Below are positions 35,901-43,403 of a stretch of 64,000 nt of DNA, one piece after another (positions within the stretch are counted from its first letter, which is position 1; every line of letters starts with the position of its first letter). The stretch spans positions 15,131 to 79,130 of the forward strand of contig CAMAXZ010000018.1 of assembly GCA_945862325.1 (NCBI GenBank), in the 5' to 3' direction. The DNA is from Klebsiella pneumoniae. Lineage in GTDB: Bacteria > Myxococcota_A > UBA796 > SXON01. A program made the position numbers and the translations under genes. Below the pieces are notes generated by a model that worked only from the letters and a program-made list of their open reading frames with translations, ran no database searches and was not told the origin of the DNA.

Positions 35901-37409
35901 ATGAGCGACAGCCTCGTCGTAGTGAGCCCGGCCAACGGCAACTGGGTCGGACAGGTGGCGATGACCCCCGCGGGGGACGTGCCGGAGGTGGTGCGACGCG
36001 CCCGCGCCGCGCAGCCCGCGTGGGCGGCTCGGCCGTTGGCCGAGAGGGTCGCGGTGCTTCGGCGCGTGCGCCAGAAGGTGCTCGACGCGTCCGAGCGCAT
36101 CGTCGAGCTTGTCGCCAAAGAAAACGGCAAACCCAAGCACGAGGGGCTCCTGCACGAGGTGATGGCGCCGCTCGAGCTCCTCACCTACTTCACCGACGCG
36201 GCCCCTCGAATCCTCGAACCGCAGAACATCCCGATGCGCCTCATGGTCAACCGCGCGTCGTACATCCACTACGTGCCGCGCGGGGTGATCGGCGTCATCG
36301 GCCCGTGGAACTTCCCTCACCACACGCCCTTCGGCGGGGTGGTCATGGCCCTGCTCGGGGGAAACGCCGTCGTGCTCAAGCCGTCGGAGTTCACGCCGCT
36401 GATCGCGCAGCTCGTGCACGGGCTCTACCTCGAGGCCGGCGTGCCCGCCGACGTGTTCCAGGTCGTGTACGGCCTCGGAGACGTCGGCGCCGCGCTGATC
36501 GCCGGGGGCGTCGACATGATCGAGTTCACGGGTTCGGTGGCGACGGGGCGCAAGGTCGGCGTCGCGTGCGCCGAGCGCATGATCCCGTGCGTGCTGGAGC
36601 TGGGCGGAAAGGCGCCGGCGCTCGTCCTTCCCGACGCGGACCTGACCCGCACCGCAAACGCGATCACCTGGGGAGGCTGGGCGAACGCGGGCCAGGTGTG
36701 CGCGTCGATCGAGCGCCTGCTCGTGCACGAGGCCGTGTACGAGCGCCTCGTGCCCATGGTGGTCGAGCGCGCGCGCGCGCTGCGCGTGGGCGACGCCGCG
36801 GAGAGCGCGGACATCGACATCGGCCCGCTGGTGAACGAACGCCAGCTCCGCATCGTCGAGGCGCGCGTGGCCGACGCCGTGGCGAAGGGCGCGACGGTCG
36901 CGTGTGGGGGCCACCGCTTGCAGCGACCGGGCAACTTCTATGCGCCGACGGTGCTGCTCGACGTGACCCCCGACATGGACGTGCTGAACGAAGAGACGTT
37001 CGGGCCGGTCGTTCCCGTGCAGAAGATCAAGGACGAAGCCGCGATGATCGCGGAGGCGAATCGGTCGCACCTCGGGCTGCTGGCCTACGTCTTCTCGCGC
37101 GACGGCGCGCGCGCCCGGTCGGTGGCGGAGCGGCTCGAGGTCGGCACCGTGATGATCAACGACGTGATCGTGACGAACGCGATGGCCGAGACGCCCTGGG
37201 GCGGGCTGAAACAATCGGGGATCGGCGTGACCCACAGCGACGACGGGATGCGCGCGATGTGCCAGGCGCGCCACGTGAATTACGACCTGCTCCCCTGGCT
37301 CTCGAAGGAGCCGTGGTGGTACCCGTACCGCGCGTCGGACCTCCCGCTCCTCCAGCGCGGCCTGCGCCTGTTGTACGGGCGCGGCCTCGCGAAGGTGTTC
37401 AGCCGGTGA
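35901..37409 (+). CDS. NAD(P)-dependent aldehyde dehydrogenase family protein
   Basis: GVIGPWNFP...FTGS...G..V......LELGGK.P....DAD...GQVCASIERL.V (catalytic Cys)...EETFGPV. Confidence 0.9.
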   Translation: MSDSLVVVSPANGNWVGQVAMTPAGDVPEVVRRARAAQPAWAARPLAERVAVLRRVRQKVLDASERIVELVAKENGKPKHEGLLHEVMAPLELLTYFTDAAPRILEPQNIPMRLMVNRASYIHYVPRGVIGVIGPWNFPHHTPFGGVVMALLGGNAVVLKPSEFTPLIAQLVHGLYLEAGVPADVFQVVYGLGDVGAALIAGGVDMIEFTGSVATGRKVGVACAERMIPCVLELGGKAPALVLPDADLTRTANAITWGGWANAGQVCASIERLLVHEAVYERLVPMVVERARALRVGDAAESADIDIGPLVNERQLRIVEARVADAVAKGATVACGGHRLQRPGNFYAPTVLLDVTPDMDVLNEETFGPVVPVQKIKDEAAMIAEANRSHLGLLAYVFSRDGARARSVAERLEVGTVMINDVIVTNAMAETPWGGLKQSGIGVTHSDDGMRAMCQARHVNYDLLPWLSKEPWWYPYRASDLPLLQRGLRLLYGRGLAKVFSR

Positions 37410-39105
37410 GCGTGCGCGCGCGGTCGTAGCCCGCGCGGTACTCGGCCTCGTTCGGCACGAGCTCGAGGGCCTTGCCGAAGCAGTCCAAGGCCTCGCGCCT
37501 GGCCTCCTTCATGATCGCCATCTCGCCCTTCTTCGACAACATCTCGGCGCTCTGGATGATCTTGCCCTTCTCCACCTTGGTGAGGCGGTACTCGCGACGT
37601 TTCGCGTCGCTGCGGAGGGTGTCGTAGGCCTCGCGCATGGCGTCGTGGATGAACTTCACCACGGAGACGCTGTCGGCGCCGAAGCGAGCCGCCGCGCCCG
37701 CGGGGTTGTACTCGGCGTCGAGCCGACGCCAGGCCGCCTCGACGTCCGCGGTCGTGCAGATCCAGTGGAGCTCGAGTCGGTCGAAATACGTGCCGGACAT
37801 CGCAGACTTCTTGCGAGACGCGAGCTCGCGGCCGAGGCGCGCGGCCTCGCGATCGCCGGTGCCCTGGTCGCGGAGCTCGATGAGGTTGAGCTCGTAGAGG
37901 CACCACAACATCGCCGCGGTCTGGCTTCGGGACAGGCTCGACACCGAGAACACCTCGCGGAGCCGCCAGGCCGTGCCCTGGACGATCTTGACGAAGGCTT
38001 GCTCGTCGGTGGTGAGCTTCATCTCGTCGATCGCCTTGTCGACGCCGGGCGCGAAGAACAGGTAGCGATCGAGGAAGGGGCGGAGGTTCGCGGCGAGCTG
38101 CTCGGCCGGGAGCTCGCGGATGACGCCGAGCATCGACCGGAACATCAGGGCGGCGACGCGAACGGGCGGGGTGACGAAGCGCTCCGGAAGGTCGGCGTTG
38201 GCGTAGAACTCCCACGTGCCGTCGCGGTCCTTCATGACGCGTTGGAGCACGAACTCCGCCTGTTTCTGCAAGAGCATGACGAGCTGCGCGAAGCTCAGCA
38301 GGCCGAGCTCGATGAAGGCCTCGCCCTGGCGGACGCCGCGACGGTCCATGATCTCGAGGGACTGCTCGAGCTGCTCCTTCTTGACCGAGCCCGCGCGAAA
38401 CAGGAGAACGCCGAGCGTCTCTTCCGGGTCGACGGGATCGTTGTGCCAGCCGACCGGGCCGCCTTTGGACCAGAACCCGTAGCGGACGCGCTCTCGCGTG
38501 CGGATGACGAGCAGGCCGGTGGCGCGCTCGAGCGCGAGCGCCATGAACGCGTCGCGGAGGGAACGGTCGGCGAGGGTCCCGCTCAGGGCGGGCGGCACGC
38601 CGTCGAGATCCGGCAGGGGGAGGCCTCGGGCGCCGGCGCCGGGCACCGAAGCCGCGACCGGGCTCCCCGCGGAGCGCGGCACGGCTGCGTCCGTCGGACG
38701 GGGCTCGCTCGCGAGCGCGGCCTCGAGCGCCTGCACGCGCGCGCGCAGGCGCGCGAGCTCCTCGTTCGAAGCAGTGGGATCGACGAGGCGCCCCTGCGCG
38801 ACCAGCCAGGCCCCGGCCGCCTCGACCTCCGCGAAGAGCTGCCCGATCGCCTGCTCGACCGCCGGCGGGATCTCGGGCACCCTCGTAGCCCAGCCGACCC
38901 CCGGCACGGGCCCGAGGACCTGCGCGACCACCGGTCCGACCCGACCCACGAGGGGCAGCACGAGGTCGACCTTCAGCTCTGGCGCGGGCGGTCCGTCCAT
39001 CGCGTCGGCGGGCAAGACGAGCGCTCCGCGTTGGAGCGTGGTCGGGTACTCCGACAAGAAGCTCGCGAGGTCGGTCCAACGTCGGGTGGCGGTGCGCACG
39101 GCCAT
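37399..39105 (-). CDS. Multidomain protein: PilZ-like N-terminus, DUF4388-like region, J-like domain lacking HPD, TPR-like tail
   Basis: J-domain-like YFDRLELHWICTTADVEAAWRRLDAEYNPAG...AMREAYDTLRSDAKRREY, where HPD is replaced by NPA. The central LADRSLRDAFMALALERATGLLVI... is DUF4388-like. Confidence 0.55.
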   Translation of the reverse strand: MAVRTATRRWTDLASFLSEYPTTLQRGALVLPADAMDGPPAPELKVDLVLPLVGRVGPVVAQVLGPVPGVGWATRVPEIPPAVEQAIGQLFAEVEAAGAWLVAQGRLVDPTASNEELARLRARVQALEAALASEPRPTDAAVPRSAGSPVAASVPGAGARGLPLPDLDGVPPALSGTLADRSLRDAFMALALERATGLLVIRTRERVRYGFWSKGGPVGWHNDPVDPEETLGVLLFRAGSVKKEQLEQSLEIMDRRGVRQGEAFIELGLLSFAQLVMLLQKQAEFVLQRVMKDRDGTWEFYANADLPERFVTPPVRVAALMFRSMLGVIRELPAEQLAANLRPFLDRYLFFAPGVDKAIDEMKLTTDEQAFVKIVQGTAWRLREVFSVSSLSRSQTAAMLWCLYELNLIELRDQGTGDREAARLGRELASRKKSAMSGTYFDRLELHWICTTADVEAAWRRLDAEYNPAGAAARFGADSVSVVKFIHDAMREAYDTLRSDAKRREYRLTKVEKGKIIQSAEMLSKKGEMAIMKEARREALDCFGKALELVPNEAEYRAGYDRARTLTG

Positions 39106-39114
39106 GGGGCCCTC

Positions 39115-40194
39115 CTATCGCCCCGCGGCGCGCAGCCACTCCTCAACCGTCACCTTGCCGCTACCGTCCGGACGATCGAGAACGTACGCCGGCAACCCGA
39201 GACCGCTCACGCGCTCGCGCAAGCCCCGCCAGATCGCGAGCCCGCGCTCGGCGGACACCCGAAAGTGGGCGTTCCCCGAAGCATGGTCGGGGTGGTGGAG
39301 GTAGTACGGGAACACGCGGAGCGACAGGAGTCGCGCGCTGAGCGCCTCGAGCACGTCGACGGAGTCATTGACCCCGGCGAGCAGCACGGACTGGTTCACG
39401 ACCGGAAGCCCCGCGTCGACGAGGCGTCCCAGGGCAGCGCCGACCTCGTCGTCGAGCTCGCGCGGGTGGTTGGCGTGCACGACCATCCACACCGGCGCGC
39501 GTCGCCGGAGCCCCGCGACGAGCGCGTCGGTGACGCGGCGCGGGAAGCTGATCGGCGCGCGGGTGTGGACGCGCACCAGCGGGATCGCGCGCGTGGCGTC
39601 GATCGCCTCGAACAGCCGGGCGTCGGACACCGCGAGCGGATCCCCCCCGGAGAGGATGCACTCCCGCGCGCCGGAGTTGGCCGCGTAGGCCAGCATGTCC
39701 GCCCACTCCGAATCCGTGGGGTCCTCGCGGTCGCCGGGGCGGTGGTTTCGCCGGAAGCAGTAGCGACAGTAGAGGTGACAGCGCTTGGTGAGCAACAGGA
39801 GCACCCGATCCGGGTGTTTGCGCACGACCCACGGGACGGGGCTCCGCGCGGCGTCCCCCACCGGGTCGTCGCGATCGTCCGCGTCGGCCGCGAGCTCGCG
39901 CGGGTCCGGCAAGGCCTGGAGGAGCAGAGGATCGTCCGCTCGCGGCTCCGCCCGGTCGACCCAGGCGCGCGGCAACGAGACTGGAAAGCGCGCGTCGATC
40001 CCCGGCCAGTCGAGCTCTCTCAGCCACGGCCACCGCTCCTCCGCTTCCCTCCGTCCGACGATCGGACCCCCTGGCCCACCGCCCTCTTTGTGATAAATGC
40101 CGCGACCCAACCGCCCCCCTGGAGCTGAAATGTACGAGACCTCCGATTTCCGTAACGGCCTCAAGATCGAGGTGGAGGGCTCGCCCTTTGCCAT
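39115..40194 (-). CDS. epmB: Lysine 2,3-aminomutase-like radical SAM enzyme (EF-P beta-lysylation protein EpmB); start uncertain
   Basis: CHLYCRYCFRR (CxxxCxxC) and KamA-family motifs (DDPLLLQ, ILSGGDPL, HANHP.E). The longest ORF start (40194) would overlap efp on the other strand; the in-frame TTG 39975 is an alternative. Confidence 0.8.
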   Translation of the reverse strand: MAKGEPSTSILRPLRKSEVSYISAPGGRLGRGIYHKEGGGPGGPIVGRREAEERWPWLRELDWPGIDARFPVSLPRAWVDRAEPRADDPLLLQALPDPRELAADADDRDDPVGDAARSPVPWVVRKHPDRVLLLLTKRCHLYCRYCFRRNHRPGDREDPTDSEWADMLAYAANSGARECILSGGDPLAVSDARLFEAIDATRAIPLVRVHTRAPISFPRRVTDALVAGLRRRAPVWMVVHANHPRELDDEVGAALGRLVDAGLPVVNQSVLLAGVNDSVDVLEALSARLLSLRVFPYYLHHPDHASGNAHFRVSAERGLAIWRGLRERVSGLGLPAYVLDRPDGSGKVTVEEWLRAAGR

Positions 40195-40699
40195 CGTCTA
40201 CTTCCAGTTCGTCAAGCCGGGTAAGGGGACGGCGTTCACGCGCACCAAGCTGAAGAACCTCCTCACCGGCGCGGTCATCGAGCGGACCTTCCGCACCGGT
40301 GAAGTCGTCCCGCCCGCCCCCGTCGAGGAGCAGCCCATGCAGTTCCTCTACAACAACGGCGGCACGTTCACGTTCATGAACACCGAGACCTTCGAGCAGG
40401 TCGAGATCGATCAGGTGCTGCTCGGCGACGACGCCGGGTTCCTGATGGAGAGCCTGCCGGTGCACGTGCTCTTCTACAAGGGCCGCGCCGTCAACATCAC
40501 GCTCCCGAACTTCATCGAGGCGCGGGTCGTCGAGACCGAGCCGGCCGTGAAGGGCAACACCTCCGGCAACGTCATGAAGGCCGCCAAGCTCGAGACCGGC
40601 GCCACGATCAACGTGCCGATCTTCGTCCAGGAAGGCGAGCTTCTCAAGGTCGACACGCGCGAGGGCGGCTCGTACGTCTCGCGCATCAACACCAAGTAG
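40130..40699 (+). CDS. efp: Translation elongation factor P
   Basis: MYETSDFRNGLKIEVEGSPFAIVYFQFVKPGKGTAFTRTKLKNL... ATG 40130 preceded by GGAG. The modifiable Lys in the KPGKG loop is present. Confidence 0.93.
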   Translation: MYETSDFRNGLKIEVEGSPFAIVYFQFVKPGKGTAFTRTKLKNLLTGAVIERTFRTGEVVPPAPVEEQPMQFLYNNGGTFTFMNTETFEQVEIDQVLLGDDAGFLMESLPVHVLFYKGRAVNITLPNFIEARVVETEPAVKGNTSGNVMKAAKLETGATINVPIFVQEGELLKVDTREGGSYVSRINTK

Positions 40700-40706
40700 G
40701 GGCCGC

Positions 40707-41531
40707 GTGGCGATCGACGTCGATCGCCTGCGCGCCCGCGCCGCGATCCTCCACGCCGCGCGCACCTGGCTCCACCACGCCGGGTTCCTGGAGCTTCAAC
40801 CACCGGTCCTCGTCCCCTCCCCTGCCCTCGAGGCAAACCTCGAGGCCGTGGCGGTGGGCGACGCCTGGCTGCACACCAGTCCGGAATTCGCCCTGAAGCG
40901 CGCGCTCGCCGCGGGGCTCGGGCGGATCTACGCGATCACCCCGTGCTTTCGGGAAGAGGAGCAGGGTCGGCACCACAGCCGCGAGTTCACCCTGCTCGAG
41001 CTCTACGCCCCGGGGTGGCGCCACCTCGACCTGATGCCCGCGGTCGAGTCCCTCGTGGGCGCGTGCGCGCGCGCGGTCGGCCAGCCGGAGCCCCGATTCG
41101 CCGTGCGCACGGTGTCCGAGCTGTTCGGCGGCACGATCCCGGCCTCGGACGACGCCTTCTACCTGGAGTGGGTCGATCGCGTCGAGCCGCGCCTCACCGA
41201 GCCGACCTTCGTCATCGACTGGCCGGCGCGACATGCGGCGCTCGCCGAGGTGCGGGGCGAGGTGGCGGAGCGGGTGGAGGCGTACTTTGGTGGGTTGGAG
41301 CTCGCGAACGGCTTCAGCGAGCTGCGGGACCCGGTCGAGCTCCGACGCCGCTTCGTGGAGAGCGCGATGGCCCGAGCCGCCCGGGGGCGCGCCCCACACC
41401 CGGTCGACGAAGCGCTGCTCGCGGCGACCGCGCGGATGCCGCGCTGCGCGGGCATCGCGATCGGGGTCGACCGCCTCGTGATGGCGCTGACCGGCGCATC
41501 GGACATCGCGTCCGTGTTGATCACGCGGTAG
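40707..41531 (+). CDS. epmA: EF-P lysine-lysyltransferase (PoxA/GenX, truncated class II LysRS paralogue)
   Basis: FLELQPPVL...LHTSPEFALKR.LAAG..RIY.I..CFR.EE.G..H..EFT.LE.Y...ELANGF.EL and class II aaRS motifs. Confidence 0.85.
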   Translation: MAIDVDRLRARAAILHAARTWLHHAGFLELQPPVLVPSPALEANLEAVAVGDAWLHTSPEFALKRALAAGLGRIYAITPCFREEEQGRHHSREFTLLELYAPGWRHLDLMPAVESLVGACARAVGQPEPRFAVRTVSELFGGTIPASDDAFYLEWVDRVEPRLTEPTFVIDWPARHAALAEVRGEVAERVEAYFGGLELANGFSELRDPVELRRRFVESAMARAARGRAPHPVDEALLAATARMPRCAGIAIGVDRLVMALTGASDIASVLITR

Positions 41532-41540
41532 ACGGCCCGA

Positions 41541-42266
41541 ATGGAACTCGAAGGAAAGGTCGCCGTCGTCACTGGCGGATCGCGCGGCATCGGGCGTGCC
41601 ATCGCCCTGGAGCTCGGCCGCGCCGGGGCCACGGTCATCGTGAACTACCGCTCCAACGGGGCGGCCGCGGAGGCGGTGGTCGCGGAGATCGGGCGGGGCC
41701 GCGCGGTCGAAGCCGACGTGCGCACCCAGGAGGGGGTCGACGCGCTGGTCGACGCGGCGGAGGCGTTGGGCGGCCTCGAGCTCCTCGTGAACAACGCCGG
41801 GGTCACCCGAGACGGGCTCATGGTGCGGATGACCGACGAGCAGTGGGAGGAGGTGCTCGACACCAACCTGACCGCGGTGTTCCGGACCTGCCGCGCCGCG
41901 GCGACGGTCATGCTGCCGCGACGCCGCGGCGCGATCGTGAACCTCGGCAGCGTCAGCGCCGCCATGGGCAACGCCGGTCAGGCGAACTACGCCGCGGCCA
42001 AGGCCGGCGTCGAGGCCTTCAGCCGGTCGATGGCGCGCGAGCTGGCACGGAGGAACATCCGGATCAACCTGGTGACCCCCGGCTTCATCGACACGGACAT
42101 GACCCACGCGCTGCCGACGGCGCTGATCGACGGCGTGAAGGAGATGATCCCGATGCGCCGGCTCGGTCGGCCGGAAGAGGTGGCGCCGCTCGTGCGGTTC
42201 CTGCTCGGGCCCGGGGCGAGCTACATCACCGGCCAGAGCTTCGTGGTGGATGGCGGGCTGAGCTGA
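41541..42266 (+). CDS. fabG: 3-oxoacyl-ACP reductase (SDR)
   Basis: [16 protein letters not shown]...[11 protein letters not shown]....W..V...NL...G.IVN..SV....GN.GQANYAA.KAG motifs. Confidence 0.9.
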   Translation: MELEGKVAVVTGGSRGIGRAIALELGRAGATVIVNYRSNGAAAEAVVAEIGRGRAVEADVRTQEGVDALVDAAEALGGLELLVNNAGVTRDGLMVRMTDEQWEEVLDTNLTAVFRTCRAAATVMLPRRRGAIVNLGSVSAAMGNAGQANYAAAKAGVEAFSRSMARELARRNIRINLVTPGFIDTDMTHALPTALIDGVKEMIPMRRLGRPEEVAPLVRFLLGPGASYITGQSFVVDGGLS

Positions 42267-42281
42267 GCGCGCCGCGGACTG

Positions 42282-43262
42282 CTACGGCAGCGCGCGCACC
42301 GCATCGCCGACGCGCGCCTCGACGATGCCCACCGCGGCCTCCAGGCCACACTCGAGTACGACACCGGCGGCCTTCGCGTGGCCGCCGCCGTTCGGGTGCA
42401 GACCACGGGCGAGCGCCGCCACGTCGACACGCCCCGCCGACCGCAACGACAGCTTCACCCGGTCGTTACCGCGCTCGACGAGCACGACGGCGACCTCCAC
42501 CCCCACGACCTGCTGAAGGGCGTCGACGACGCCCTCGAGGTCGGCGTCCGTGGCGTCGAGGCTGCGCAGCAGGTCGCGCGACACCCCGGCGAACGCCAGC
42601 CGCCCCTCTTCCCCGAACGCCGCGTCGGTCAGCAGGCGCCCCATGAGCCGCGCCGCTTGCGGGCGTCGCTCCATGAGGACGCGCAACGCGATGCGGGCGT
42701 GGTCGATGCCGGTCTCGACGAGATCGGCCGCGAGGCGCAGCGAGCTCGGCCGGGTGTTCGAGTACCGGAAACCGCCGGTGTCGAACAGGAGACCGGCGTA
42801 GAGCAGGGCCGCCGTGTCGGCGTCGATCGCCACGCCCCATGCGCGCGCCACCGACGCGACCATGCCGCAGGTGCTCTCCGCCTCCGGATCGAACAAGGCG
42901 ATGTCGTACAACGCCGGGTCCGTCGAGCGGTGGTGATCGACGATGCCGGTCCACGTCGCGGCCCCGAACGCCCGCGCGATGGAAGGTACGAGGCGGCGGC
43001 GGTCGCCGTCGAGCACCACGACGCCGTCGTAGTGGCCCACGGCGTCGTCCGGCACGATCGCGTCGGCGTCGGGCATCCACGTGTACCGGGCGTGTACCCG
43101 CCCGGCGACGTCCACGCGGACACCGGGCGCGGCGACCGCGAGCAGCCGCCGGAGCGCGAGGCACGCGCCGAGGCTGTCGCCGTCCGGGCCTTCCGGGCCG
43201 GTGAGGAGCACGGACCCGCTGGACTGGACCCGTGAGAGCAGGGTGTCGACGGAGCTCGTCAT
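42282..43262 (-). CDS. nrnA: DHH/DHHA1 phosphoesterase (NrnA-type oligoribonuclease/pAp phosphatase)
   Basis: PDGDSLGA, VLDGDR, the DHH motif IVDHHRS, and the DHHA1 motif GGGHAKAAG. Confidence 0.8.
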   Translation of the reverse strand: MTSSVDTLLSRVQSSGSVLLTGPEGPDGDSLGACLALRRLLAVAAPGVRVDVAGRVHARYTWMPDADAIVPDDAVGHYDGVVVLDGDRRRLVPSIARAFGAATWTGIVDHHRSTDPALYDIALFDPEAESTCGMVASVARAWGVAIDADTAALLYAGLLFDTGGFRYSNTRPSSLRLAADLVETGIDHARIALRVLMERRPQAARLMGRLLTDAAFGEEGRLAFAGVSRDLLRSLDATDADLEGVVDALQQVVGVEVAVVLVERGNDRVKLSLRSAGRVDVAALARGLHPNGGGHAKAAGVVLECGLEAAVGIVEARVGDAVRALP

Positions 43263-43403
43263 CGGTGCGCCCGTGTTCGAATCGCCTCCGTATGCGGGAG
43301 ACCGCCTGGTCCGCAAGCTTGGCTCATGGTCCGCGCCTTCGTCATCCGTTAGGGACGCGCTCCACATCATGGGCCCAGCCCCAAAACGCTCCTCGGAGGA
43401 GAT

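Noticed and set aside
40097-40129. Upstream ATG (40097) that would extend EF-P by 11 residues (MPRPNRPPGAE).
   Set aside because: ATG 40130 has a GGAG SD at the right distance and gives the canonical MYETSDFRNG N-terminus. The extension is not family-like.
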